A stretch of 64,000 bases of DNA from Candidatus Thorarchaeota archaeon (GCA_048882045.1 JBHLRZ010000004.1:46373-110372), one strand, 5' to 3'; counted from the first letter of the stretch, positions 30,266 through 39,759 are shown. Notes: generated by a model from the letters alone, not told the origin. Numbers and translations are program-made.

Positions 30266-30283
30266 TTAGAACACGTGTTCTAA
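30266..30283. promoter_or_regulatory. Perfect 18-bp palindrome TTAGAACACGTGTTCTAA, putative operator copy 1
   Basis: Exact inverted repeat ending 56 bp before ATG 30340; recurs at 32595-32618. Confidence 0.72.
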
Positions 30284-30339
30284 TAATCAATAATTTTTGC
30301 TAAGATGTGAAGTTAAATGTACAATAGCAGTGTGATGAG

Positions 30340-32100
30340 ATGAGTGAGATGGCAGTAGCGTTCATGTCAGCACTAGAAAAAGATCCTGGAACCTATGAAG
30401 AGGAGTTCAACAAGATCCTGGATGGAAGAAAAACCCTCATTCATGAGAAGATTCTGAATCTTGTTAGACCTGGAATGCGTGTTCTAGATCTGGGGTGTGG
30501 ACCTGGATCCTTCACACATCAAGCATCATTAAGAGGTGCGGAAGTTGTTGGCGTAGATTCTAATCAACAAATGATCAAAACGGCCCAACTATCAGCAGCT
30601 CTTTTGAAAGAGAGTCCGACGTATTTCGTTGCTGATGTTCTTGAGTTTCTTGAAATTCTTGTTAGGAATCTGTCGCATCCCACGAGTGACTCAAACTACT
30701 CTGATGTCCCAGAGTTGAAACAGAGATACGACCTAGTTGTTAGTACCTTTCTACTATCTGAACTTAAACCCCATCAACGAGAACTATTACTGCAAAGAAT
30801 AAGGTCAGTCCTGACCCAAGATGGTGTAATGGCAATAGCTTCTGAAACATTGCCAGTCGAGAGAAATGAGCAAAGCACGTTTTGGAAACAGAGATCACAA
30901 GCTGAAAAGTTGGCAAAAAAGCGATTATATCCGCCGCTCGAGAGTCTCGAAATGATCACAGAGTTGTCAGGACTAAAGGTCATGGAATTCGAAAAGTATG
31001 GATCCGAGATATCATTAGTCATTGGAACGAGAGGAGATACAACACCAAAATCAACCTACGATAATAAGCATCTCAGGTTCCAAGGAATTGAAGCAAGAAT
31101 TAGAATTTGGTATAATCACTTGACCGGTGGATGGCGTGGAATTCCAATCTCGCCAGGGCTATACTGCTCGGGAAACCCATCAGCTAATAGTCCAGTGGTC
31201 GTGACAGCAAATTACGAATTAACGTACTACACCGTAATGAGAGCACTAACCAAGGACAATATCGATGCTTGGGTTCTTGTATGTGATACAAATGGAATCA
31301 ATGTGTGGTGTGCAGCGAGAGGAATCCACTTTCATACATCCGACGTTGTTGAAATGGTCCAGTTAACAAAATTGACGGATGTGGTTGACCACCGAGAAAT
31401 AATCCTCCCTCAGTTATCAGCGGCAGGTATGAATCCAGAAGAGATTCGTAAGAGAACTGGTTTCAGAGCTCGTTATGGTCCTGTTCGAATTCAAGATCTC
31501 AAGAAGTGGCTTGATCTTAAGAAACCTCGTCCCAAACCTAGAGAAATGGCTACAGTCACGTTCAACTTCAGAGAGAGAATGGAACAAACAGTTGCACATA
31601 TCCCATTTCTATTCGCTGTGCTACTTGGTCGTCCCATCGTAATTCTATTAGGAGTCATTTTTCTCGTCAATGTTGTTGCAATGCTCTTCCTTCAGTTCAT
31701 CTCAGTCCACATCTTTTCTCTTAGCCTTAGTATCTTGTTACTGCTTGTTCAATTTTTGACTGCGTTGTTTGGAAATGCGTTTATGCTTGGACTGATGTTT
31801 CCGATACTTCCATCCAAGGGGAACTCATTTTGGCGTCGCGGGATTGGGCTAGCTGTCATTACACTTCCCATCGCTGTGGTCATAATGTTCTTACTAGGAG
31901 TTCATTGGACTGAATACGTTGTTTGGTTGGTAGCTCAGTTCGTGATGGCAGTTTCTTTAACAATGGATTGGTCAGGAATGACATCAGTGAGTGATCCAAA
32001 GGTGATCGAGCGGGAATATCCATACATGATTAATTTGCTCAAGGTTGGGATTGTTATAATCGTAGGATTAAATATCATTGTTGCACTTATGGGATGGTGA
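30340..32100 (+). CDS. Class I SAM methyltransferase fused to HgcA-like corrinoid-binding domain and HgcA-like TM domain
   Basis: VLDLGCGPG (aa 48-56); PGLY..GNP...SPVVVTANY, DTNGINVWCAARG (Cys324), IILPQL, YGPVR; C-terminal TMs with MDWSGMTSVSD. Confidence 0.88.
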   Translation: MSEMAVAFMSALEKDPGTYEEEFNKILDGRKTLIHEKILNLVRPGMRVLDLGCGPGSFTHQASLRGAEVVGVDSNQQMIKTAQLSAALLKESPTYFVADVLEFLEILVRNLSHPTSDSNYSDVPELKQRYDLVVSTFLLSELKPHQRELLLQRIRSVLTQDGVMAIASETLPVERNEQSTFWKQRSQAEKLAKKRLYPPLESLEMITELSGLKVMEFEKYGSEISLVIGTRGDTTPKSTYDNKHLRFQGIEARIRIWYNHLTGGWRGIPISPGLYCSGNPSANSPVVVTANYELTYYTVMRALTKDNIDAWVLVCDTNGINVWCAARGIHFHTSDVVEMVQLTKLTDVVDHREIILPQLSAAGMNPEEIRKRTGFRARYGPVRIQDLKKWLDLKKPRPKPREMATVTFNFRERMEQTVAHIPFLFAVLLGRPIVILLGVIFLVNVVAMLFLQFISVHIFSLSLSILLLLVQFLTALFGNAFMLGLMFPILPSKGNSFWRRGIGLAVITLPIAVVIMFLLGVHWTEYVVWLVAQFVMAVSLTMDWSGMTSVSDPKVIEREYPYMINLLKVGIVIIVGLNIIVALMGW

Positions 32101-32435
32101 AGAAAATGACAACTGTTACAGCAATATCGAAATTTGGTAGAACAGATTTCATCTATGATCCTAAGAAGTGTAACAGATGTGGATATTGCCTTGAAGTGTG
32201 TGCATTCAATGTCTGGGATTTGCCTGAAAAGGGTCCTGCTATAGTTGCTAGACCAGAAGATTGTACAAATTGTACTGCGTGTGCGAAAAATTGCTTAGGT
32301 CAAGCAATCACTGTTGTTAACTTGGGTTGTGGTTGTATTTGGAATCAAGCAAGTAAACGGAAGGGTAATTGTCAAGAATCAATTGTCGGACCCCTTCTAG
32401 ATGACAATTCATCAAGCTCGTCCTGCTGCGAGTAA
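32094..32435 (+). CDS. 2x[4Fe-4S] ferredoxin, HgcB-like with Cys-rich tail (possible start ATG 32106)
   Basis: CNRCGYCLEVC and CTNCTACAKNC; then LGCGC and terminal CCE; overlaps or abuts the upstream gene. Confidence 0.86.
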   Translation: MVKKMTTVTAISKFGRTDFIYDPKKCNRCGYCLEVCAFNVWDLPEKGPAIVARPEDCTNCTACAKNCLGQAITVVNLGCGCIWNQASKRKGNCQESIVGPLLDDNSSSSSCCE

Positions 32436-32594
32436 TTCAAGTTTCTGAGTTTTATCACTTAGTTTTCCTTACACATCAATAATAATCCACATTTCAATGG
32501 AAGCACAATGACTGAAAAGAGGAAACATTACTTCAGAGTCAGAACCATCTGAGTTGATTTTAGGACTATTCTTTCTTAGTGATTTTTATCGAAC

Positions 32595-32618
32595 ATTTTA
32601 GAACACGTGTTCCAAAAT
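32595..32618. promoter_or_regulatory. 24-bp palindrome ATTTTAGAACACGTGTTCCAAAAT (1 mismatch), putative operator copy 2
   Basis: Shares TTTAGAACACGTGTTC with 30265-30280; ends 61 bp before ATG 32680. Confidence 0.72.
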
Positions 32619-32679
32619 CGCATCATTTTAAGGTGATGCAAGCATCTTTTCATTCCACATTCACTGCAAGGTGTAAGGA

Positions 32680-33354
32680 ATGACTGATACCCTTGGTTCA
32701 AAACTGAAGACAGTTGCTGTCTTCGTCCTCCTCGGATTCCTCATGACGCTGGGGCTGACCGCTACGACCCTCCTCAATCCTGGGGGAGGAAACCTCTACG
32801 AAATACGACCGATTGCAAGTGTGATTGCTGATCTTGTTGCAGCCACTCCACAAGATATCAGCATCAAGCTCGCAAGTCTGGTCGTTGACAATTTCTTCAT
32901 GATTGGCTATTTAGCAATCTTCTACGGGCTCTATCTCCTCACAAAGGAGCAAGAGGAACTCATGGCAAGGGTTGCATTTCTGCTTGGAAGTCTGACTTTC
33001 ATCTCTGACCTGGTCGAGAATGCATTTCAGGTGGCTCTTCTCACAGGAGTTCCTAAAGGTTGGGTACCAGCAGACAATGTCTTCTCATCATTCTGGACTG
33101 TGATGTTTGTGAAGGACATCTCGAGTTACATGGCTGGGTTTACATTCATAGTACTGCTGTTGCTCTCTCTGAGCAATCCTCCTGAGGCAAGAACTGCAAA
33201 GATTGTCTTCGTAATTCTTCTTGGTCTATACGTCGGACTAGGAGTGATAGCGATAATTAATCCCTCCCTCTTGATACTGAGAAATCTCAGCTTCATGCTT
33301 GACCTATTGGTAGCATCAGTGCTCTTCAGACAACTGTCTGGAAAAGTGGGATGA
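32680..33354 (+). CDS. About 6-TM membrane protein of unknown function
   Basis: Hydrophobic helices with intramembrane polar motifs (VDN, DLVEN, KD). Confidence 0.8.
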   Translation: MTDTLGSKLKTVAVFVLLGFLMTLGLTATTLLNPGGGNLYEIRPIASVIADLVAATPQDISIKLASLVVDNFFMIGYLAIFYGLYLLTKEQEELMARVAFLLGSLTFISDLVENAFQVALLTGVPKGWVPADNVFSSFWTVMFVKDISSYMAGFTFIVLLLLSLSNPPEARTAKIVFVILLGLYVGLGVIAIINPSLLILRNLSFMLDLLVASVLFRQLSGKVG

Positions 33355-33369
33355 CGAAAGTCTTATTGT

Positions 33370-33789
33370 TCATTTCGTCTTCCTGACTTCTCGAAGTGAA
33401 ACTACTGCGACTAGATTGACAATCGCAAGTGCAATGAAATAGACGCCATTCAGAAGGTCGACTATTGCTGTGAACCAAAAGATTCCAGCAACTAATGACA
33501 ACAACAAAGTAATGATCGAGACTGATAATGCAGCTGAAACGCCCCAGCTTTCTTTTTGCAAAACTCCTCTGATGACAAGCATCTGTAGGAAGGCAACAAT
33601 CCATAAACCACCCCAGACTATGAACCACATGTACCCGGTTTCCAGTATCAATACTGGCAAGACGATGGTTCCCATAATCAAAATTGCAGAGAGAGCTTGT
33701 GCTAGGAGTGCTCTACCAAGGGGAGTCCTGATTTCGAATGTAGGAGTTTCGTTGGACATAGAATCTTGACCTCCTGACTCGATGCTCAT
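33370..33789 (-). CDS. 4-TM membrane protein
   Basis: Four hydrophobic segments; likely start MSNE after GGAGG. Confidence 0.72.
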   Translation of the reverse strand: MSIESGGQDSMSNETPTFEIRTPLGRALLAQALSAILIMGTIVLPVLILETGYMWFIVWGGLWIVAFLQMLVIRGVLQKESWGVSAALSVSIITLLLSLVAGIFWFTAIVDLLNGVYFIALAIVNLVAVVSLREVRKTK

Positions 33790-34019
33790 CTGGACTCTTT
33801 AACTTAACCCACTGTGTGGTTCATCGTTAGAGTTATATCCATAGATTGAGGTGGTGCGGTAACCTACTTGATTGAAGGCGGGAAAAGAACTCAACGAAAG
33901 AAACGGCAGAAAACTAGTTTCAAAGGTCGCCAATGCGAGACACTCGAGAGTAGAGTATCTTACATCTTTTGCAGACTTTCCGCGTCACTTTAGAGTAGGT
34001 AATCAATATCCAAAGGAGT

Positions 34020-36083
34020 GTGACTAAACTGAATAATTACCCAACCAAAGATCCAGTGCTTGTGACATGCGGACTTCCATATGCAAGTGGTCGGATGCAT
34101 ATCGGTCACCTCAGGACCTACGTGCCTGCCGACGTGTTTGTCAGACTCCTGAAGAAAATGCAAGTAGATGTCACGTTCGTCTGCGGGTCTGACACCCACG
34201 GTACACCTGTCATTGTGCAAGCTGAGAAAGAGGGTCTCACACCAAAAGAGACCTATCAGAAGTACCACAAGATTCTGAAGGACACCTTCCCTCGACTCAA
34301 CATCTTCTTTGATAACTATGGGCACACAGACAATGAGGAGAACCACAACCGGACCACCCAGATTGTCCAGACTCTCGTTGACAACGGACACATCTACGCG
34401 AAAGAGATTGAGACTCCATACTGCGATACATGTGGTCGGTCTCAACCTGACCGTTTTGTACGTGGCGAGTGTCCCTACTGTGGCACAGATGCCCGTGGAG
34501 ATGAGTGTGATCAAGGCTGTGGACGATACATTGAACCAGGTCTGATACTGAACCCACGATGTGCAGTGTGCGGCAATCCAACCCGACCAATCACTAGGAA
34601 ACACCAGTTCCTTCGACTGAGTGCGTTCGAGGACTTCATTGGTGAGTATCTGCTGACTGTAGACGGTACTAAGAATGCGAGGAACTTCGCTTTAGGCTGG
34701 GTCAAAGAGGGCCTGAGAGACTGGTGTATCACTAGAGATCTCGACTGGGGGATCAAGTTCCCAGGTGATGATTCACTCGTCCTCTACGTATGGGTTGACG
34801 CCCCAATTGGATATATGTCGAGCACAGAGCAGTGGGCGAAGAAGATTGGTAAGCCCAATGAGTGGGAGAAGTACTGGAAACCAGGTAATGGACGACTAGT
34901 ACACTACATTGGTCTGGACATCGTTCAGCATCACTGTATATTCTGGCCTGCTATGCTGAAAGGCAGTGAGTATAACCTTCCCTTTGCAATAGTTGCATCT
35001 GGAATGGTCAAGATTGAGGGACACAACTTCAGCAGAAGTCGCGGCTATGTTGTTTGGGTGGAAGAAGACTATCTTGACAGAGGACTGGATCCAGACTATC
35101 TGAGATACTACGTTGCATCATACACCTCTCAGACTAAGGACCTAGACTTCAGTTGGGATGCCTTCTCTGATAAGGTGAACAACGAACTGGTTGCTACCCT
35201 AGGTAACTTCCTCTATCGGGCGATTCACTTCTCACACAAGCACTTCAAAGAAGTGCCAAAGGGAAAGTTGGATTCAAACCTAGAGAAGGAACTTGAAAGT
35301 GCGATCAGTACAATCACTGATGCTATAAACGAGTACGAGCTGAAGAAGGTCGCTGATGAGGTTCTGAGAATCGCATCCGTTGGCAATGAGTACTTTCAAG
35401 CGCAGCAGCCATGGAAGCTCGTGAAGGAGGACAAGGAGAAGACTGGAGAGGTGTTGTTCAATGCCCTTGCATTGTCCAAGGCTTTGGCAATATTCATAGA
35501 ACCATTCCTCCCATCTGCTGCTGAATCAATCTGGGGACAGCTAGGCTTTGAACCGACCCAAGTTCATGAAACCCTCCTCAAGGATACTCTTGTGGTTCCT
35601 GAGGTAGGGACTAAGCTTGGTAAACCAGTCCCAGTGATTTCCAAGATAGAGGAGGACCAGCTAGCTGAACTCAAACAGATCATTAGCGACCGAGTAGCCA
35701 AAGCTAAGGCTGAGCAAACCGGAGAGGTGGAACTGAAATTGGCACCAATTAAAGACACGATATCATTTGATGACTTTCAGAAGATTGACCTTCGTGCAGG
35801 GAAGATTCTGAAGTGTGAGAAGGTGAAAGGCAAGGACCGACTCCTCAAGATCGAGGTAGACATCGGGACCGAGAAACGCACTATGGCGACCGGACTCGGG
35901 CATCTCTATAAACCTGAGGAACTAGAGGGTCTAACAGCCCTCTTCCTGGTCAATCTTGAACCAAAGAAAATTGGCGGCATCGAGAGTCATGGTATGATTC
36001 TCGCTGTGGAGAGAGCTGACAAGGAAGGGACCTGGATTCCTGTCAAGCTCGAAGATCTTCCACCGGGAAGTAAGGCTGCATAG
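34020..36083 (+). CDS. metG: Methionine--tRNA ligase with C-terminal tRNA-binding domain
   Basis: GLPYASGRMHIGH, CGSDTHG, Zn knuckles, YVWVDAPIGY, NFSRSRG (KMSKS site), C-terminal OB domain. Confidence 0.97.
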   Translation: MTKLNNYPTKDPVLVTCGLPYASGRMHIGHLRTYVPADVFVRLLKKMQVDVTFVCGSDTHGTPVIVQAEKEGLTPKETYQKYHKILKDTFPRLNIFFDNYGHTDNEENHNRTTQIVQTLVDNGHIYAKEIETPYCDTCGRSQPDRFVRGECPYCGTDARGDECDQGCGRYIEPGLILNPRCAVCGNPTRPITRKHQFLRLSAFEDFIGEYLLTVDGTKNARNFALGWVKEGLRDWCITRDLDWGIKFPGDDSLVLYVWVDAPIGYMSSTEQWAKKIGKPNEWEKYWKPGNGRLVHYIGLDIVQHHCIFWPAMLKGSEYNLPFAIVASGMVKIEGHNFSRSRGYVVWVEEDYLDRGLDPDYLRYYVASYTSQTKDLDFSWDAFSDKVNNELVATLGNFLYRAIHFSHKHFKEVPKGKLDSNLEKELESAISTITDAINEYELKKVADEVLRIASVGNEYFQAQQPWKLVKEDKEKTGEVLFNALALSKALAIFIEPFLPSAAESIWGQLGFEPTQVHETLLKDTLVVPEVGTKLGKPVPVISKIEEDQLAELKQIISDRVAKAKAEQTGEVELKLAPIKDTISFDDFQKIDLRAGKILKCEKVKGKDRLLKIEVDIGTEKRTMATGLGHLYKPEELEGLTALFLVNLEPKKIGGIESHGMILAVERADKEGTWIPVKLEDLPPGSKAA

Positions 36084-36102
36084 TTATCACTACCATTGAA
36101 GA

Positions 36103-36128
36103 TTTCTGCAGAACCAGTTCTGCAGAAA
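36103..36128. terminator. Inverted repeat after metG, between convergent genes
   Basis: TTTCTGCAGAAC-ca-GTTCTGCAGAAA followed by CTCCTTTTCTTT. Confidence 0.6.
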
Positions 36129-36157
36129 CTCCTTTTCTTTCTAGACCATGTACGGGA

Positions 36158-36538
36158 TCACTTAGTCATGTACGAGTACAGGAATAGGATGAAGAACAGC
36201 GCATAAAGTCCTGTGAATGCCCAGCCAACGACTGGAAGTGTCATTGTGAGCATATTCCATAGACTCGCAACCAAACCAAGTAGAGTCAACAGAATCTCAA
36301 GTATGACTAGTATCTCTACACGGTCGAAGGATTCCTCTCTGAAGGCAAGCAGTGAAATAATTGCTAGGGCAATGAACATTGACCCAAAAGATCTGTCCAT
36401 AGCAATCTCCACCGGCCATCCCATAGAACCGAAGAAAACATCTGGAACTACGAATAATGCGACTCCAAAGAATATAGTCACCAAAAAGTGTAGTATCCAT
36501 GTGTATTTCAAAACGATCGATACCATAATTTTACTCAC
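36158..36538 (-). CDS. 4-TM membrane protein
   Basis: Four hydrophobic helices; GGAGG SD. Confidence 0.75.
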   Translation of the reverse strand: MSKIMVSIVLKYTWILHFLVTIFFGVALFVVPDVFFGSMGWPVEIAMDRSFGSMFIALAIISLLAFREESFDRVEILVILEILLTLLGLVASLWNMLTMTLPVVGWAFTGLYALFFILFLYSYMTK

Positions 36539-36680
36539 TCCTCCACATCTGACAACCAGTCAAATGTACATATGAAAGATTAGTATCTTGTATAAATGAT
36601 TGACGATTCTATATTACGGAACTCAGATTGAATTAATACAAACCGAAAGAATAATATTAACAATAGTTAATTATTCATTT

Positions 36681-37703
36681 ATGAGAAAGACTATACTCGC
36701 ATTTGTGATTTTAATTACAATCTCCCTCATGATGCCAGCAATTGCAGCCCATGTCCCCATATCTGCACAGGATGGAGAATCATTAGAAACTGCGTACTTC
36801 ATTGAGGAACCAACAAAGAGTTGGGTTATCTATTCAGAACTTCGTGAAGCTGGACATCCACAATATTTCGCGTTTGAAATGGATGCTGGAACAAGAATCA
36901 GGATGATGCTTTCGATTCCTGTCACCACTGATCCGACGAGTCTTGACCCTTCTATCGCTCTCATGGGTCCTGGAATTACTAACTCAACCTCGATTCCTAG
37001 TTTTCTTGAGATACCAGAATCCGCAGGTGCGATGATTTTAGAGAGTGAGTTGGCAATCCGTGAGTATGAAGGCTTTACACCAACGAGCTTCTACGCATTG
37101 ATCGATGTGGATATACAGGCTCCAACCACTGGAGAGTACTACTTCGCGGTCTACGACGAAAGTGACGAAGGTTCATTCTCTGTTGCGCTGGGATATGTGG
37201 AATCATTCACGCTTGAAGAATGGCTTCTCGTTCCATTCAGTGTAATGACGATTCATCAGTGGAATGGTCAGAGTTTTCTTTCAATCCTTGCTCCAATGAT
37301 TAGCACACTTGTTCTCGGATTTGGATTACTTTGGACTCGAAGAACTGAACTCAAGGAACTAGACAACGGTGTCAGCTGGGTTGGCGCATTAGGTGCACTC
37401 CTTTTCTTTGGGAGTGGTGTCACCATATTCTATCAAATTGTGCTCTCAGCTCTTTTTGCAGTTAACTTCCAGATAATCATCTCTGCTGTGTTCGGAATGC
37501 TTCCCATCTTGCTAGGTGTGTTTACAATACGGTTGGTACTGACTGAGAATTGGCAAAGCATGAGATCAAAACAGATTCGACTGCTTATACTAGGAATAGT
37601 TTCTCCATTTCTTTGGGCAGGTCTACTTATCGGTCCTTCTTTGGTCATTCTTAGTGCAATCTTTGCTATCATCAAAACACGTAGTGATCTCAGCACAAAT
37701 TAA
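36681..37703 (+). CDS. Exported beta-domain protein with C-terminal multi-TM region
   Basis: MRKTILAF signal peptide at ATG 36681; GEYYFAVY beta-sandwich; 4-5 TMs. Confidence 0.78.
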   Translation: MRKTILAFVILITISLMMPAIAAHVPISAQDGESLETAYFIEEPTKSWVIYSELREAGHPQYFAFEMDAGTRIRMMLSIPVTTDPTSLDPSIALMGPGITNSTSIPSFLEIPESAGAMILESELAIREYEGFTPTSFYALIDVDIQAPTTGEYYFAVYDESDEGSFSVALGYVESFTLEEWLLVPFSVMTIHQWNGQSFLSILAPMISTLVLGFGLLWTRRTELKELDNGVSWVGALGALLFFGSGVTIFYQIVLSALFAVNFQIIISAVFGMLPILLGVFTIRLVLTENWQSMRSKQIRLLILGIVSPFLWAGLLIGPSLVILSAIFAIIKTRSDLSTN

Positions 37704-37715
37704 ACAATTTCGGCA

Positions 37716-37739
37716 GGAGCCTGACAATCAACAGGCTCC
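37716..37739. terminator. Hairpin between convergent genes
   Basis: GGAGCCTG-acaatcaa-CAGGCTCC. Confidence 0.55.
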
Positions 37740-37766
37740 AAAACGAAATTTCTACAATAAGAACGC

Positions 37767-38726
37767 CTACTTTAGTCGAAACAATGTCCTTCTCGTCACA
37801 CTCTTTTCATAAATAGATCCATCAATTTCTAGAAGTGTCTGCTGTATTGACTCCTTAATCGTGAGAAGTTTTCGAGGAATAATCTCCCGAATTCTATGTT
37901 CTCGGCATGTTGTTTCTTGACTCAAGCCTTCAATCAGGGGTCGTGCTATCGTTGCTCGAACTGGTGTGACCAGTTCTACCCAGTAACTACTCAAACTTGG
38001 CGTGAGTAATGGAATTGGAAATTCGAACCTTTTCACAAGTCCCGCCTCAAAAGCATAGGTAGTCATCAGATCTTGGTAGGTCGTGACCTCTGGTCCTCCT
38101 ATGTCAAAAGTTTCTCCAAGTGTTTCGGATTTCGTAAGACATCCAACAAGATATTGTATGGTGTCTTCAATCGATATTGGTTGTGTCTTTGTCCTGACCC
38201 ATTCTGGAGTTATCATTACAGGCAACCTGTTGACAAGATAACGCATTATTTCGAATGACGCAGAGCCTGGACCGATGATCATAGCCGCTTGAAAGGTAGT
38301 CACAGGTGTCTTACCGCTACGGAGTATTCTCTCGACTTCCTTTCGTGACCTTAGATGTCTACTTAACCGGTCACTCTCTTCACCTAGTCCCCCAAGGTAA
38401 ATTATTCTCTTGATGTCTTCCTCATCTGCTGCTTTAATTGTGTTCTCAGCAGCTTGTCTATCAAGTTCCTCAAAGCTATTTCCTGAGTACATAGAGTGAA
38501 TCAGATAGTATACAATATCGCATCCGGCCAGTGCCTGCTTTAATTGCTCAATGTCTAGCACATCGACCTTCACAGGATTGACCTTTGGATAATCTTTCCA
38601 AGGTTGTTCATCCAGTTTGCTTTTTGTCCGCCAACCAGCACGTACATTATATCCCTGTTCAATCAATCGCTCAACAAGTCTAGAGCCAACATAGCCTGTT
38701 GAACCCAGGACAAGAACCTTGGACAT
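37767..38726 (-). CDS. NAD(P)-binding atypical SDR (YbjT-like)
   Basis: VLVLGSTGYVG, YYLIHSM, IIYLGGLG, HLRSR, GSASFE, TQPISI. Confidence 0.87.
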   Translation of the reverse strand: MSKVLVLGSTGYVGSRLVERLIEQGYNVRAGWRTKSKLDEQPWKDYPKVNPVKVDVLDIEQLKQALAGCDIVYYLIHSMYSGNSFEELDRQAAENTIKAADEEDIKRIIYLGGLGEESDRLSRHLRSRKEVERILRSGKTPVTTFQAAMIIGPGSASFEIMRYLVNRLPVMITPEWVRTKTQPISIEDTIQYLVGCLTKSETLGETFDIGGPEVTTYQDLMTTYAFEAGLVKRFEFPIPLLTPSLSSYWVELVTPVRATIARPLIEGLSQETTCREHRIREIIPRKLLTIKESIQQTLLEIDGSIYEKSVTRRTLFRLK

Positions 38727-38748
38727 TCTATTCCCCCCCAAAATGTAT

Positions 38749-39216
38749 CTATTCATTAACTAGCTTCTGTAGTGCATTTTCAAGTGATGTAGATTTCGTA
38801 TCAGAGATTCCTCCTGACTCTCTCCAATAGATTGTGCCCTCTCTATCAACAAGATAGAGATAGAGAGTGTCCTCTGTGAGTATCTCTAATGCCTTCTTAA
38901 AGGGGGTCTTGTCAATGTACAAAGTCACAGTTCGCGCACGGGTGTCTCGAGAGGGAATACCTCCTCTCATCCCTCCATCAATCATTCTCCTGATGAAGAA
39001 GTTCATCTTTCTTATTGTTGGAAGTTCATAGAAATCAAATTGAGGATTGTTTTCCATGAGATGGACTAAGAATGGCACCCAACTATCAACGAGGCTCTGT
39101 TGCCACATCTGAAAGGGGACGAGTAGGATGTTGTATTCTCCCTTTAATTCAGAAGGGATTCTAATCGTCTTCTTGTTCAGATTGTCACCAACCACATCTG
39201 GAAATTTCGCGATCAT
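38749..39216 (-). CDS. Thioredoxin-like fold protein (ATP10-like)
   Basis: FYELPTI, IDGGMRGGIP, YLVDREGTIYWRESG. Confidence 0.6.
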   Translation of the reverse strand: MIAKFPDVVGDNLNKKTIRIPSELKGEYNILLVPFQMWQQSLVDSWVPFLVHLMENNPQFDFYELPTIRKMNFFIRRMIDGGMRGGIPSRDTRARTVTLYIDKTPFKKALEILTEDTLYLYLVDREGTIYWRESGGISDTKSTSLENALQKLVNE

Positions 39217-39301
39217 TACAGCAACTCATAAATTCACAATTGTTATCAATCTTATCAAAGCACTCAAGTCTGAATTGACGGTGTTTACTTGAGGGAAAAA
39301 T

Positions 39302-39748
39302 ATGAACCTGAATCCAGAAGTAAAGAAACGAATTGACAAAGTATTAGATTCCCAAAAGATAGCTGTCCTTGGAACATCAAAAGACGGTGAACCATATTCA
39401 TGTCTTGTAGGGTTTGCTATGACTGAGGATCTGTCTGAACTGGTCTTTGCAACAATGCGTCAGAGACTCAAATACAAGCAAATGCAAGCAAATCCTAGAG
39501 TCACTCTAATGATCGATGACAGAGATGTTCAAAACAGTGACTTCAATGATACGACCTCTCTCACAATTGTTGGTTCCGCTGAAGATGTGATGGGAAAAGA
39601 TCGTAGTAAATATGCAACAAAACTGCTGGAGCAGCATCCTGTTCTTACGGAATTTGTGCAGTCTCCTGGCTGTGCAGTGATTAGGGTCGCTGTCGATAAG
39701 ATCTATGTTGTGAGTGAGTTTGAGTCTATTGTGAAAGTTAGTGTCTAA
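39302..39748 (+). CDS. Pyridoxamine 5'-phosphate oxidase-like (FMN/F420 split barrel) protein
   Basis: AVLGTSKDGEPYSCLV, FAT...K...NPRVTLMID. Confidence 0.85.
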   Translation: MNLNPEVKKRIDKVLDSQKIAVLGTSKDGEPYSCLVGFAMTEDLSELVFATMRQRLKYKQMQANPRVTLMIDDRDVQNSDFNDTTSLTIVGSAEDVMGKDRSKYATKLLEQHPVLTEFVQSPGCAVIRVAVDKIYVVSEFESIVKVSV

Positions 39749-39759
39749 TTGGAAAGAAG

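Noticed and set aside
30340-32435. Labelling the pair as bona fide hgcA/hgcB mercury methylators
   Set aside because: Cap helix ends RG rather than GK, ferredoxin lacks C(M/I)ECGAC, and there is an extra MTase domain; activity cannot be inferred from sequence
33868-34027. Short ORFs upstream of metG
   Set aside because: Two competing frames with TTG starts and poorly spaced SD; cannot support either
33990-34604. 204-aa minus-strand ORF and similar overlapping ORFs (e.g. 1752-2258, 60931-61497, 62540-62986)
   Set aside because: Antisense shadows of clearly identified genes
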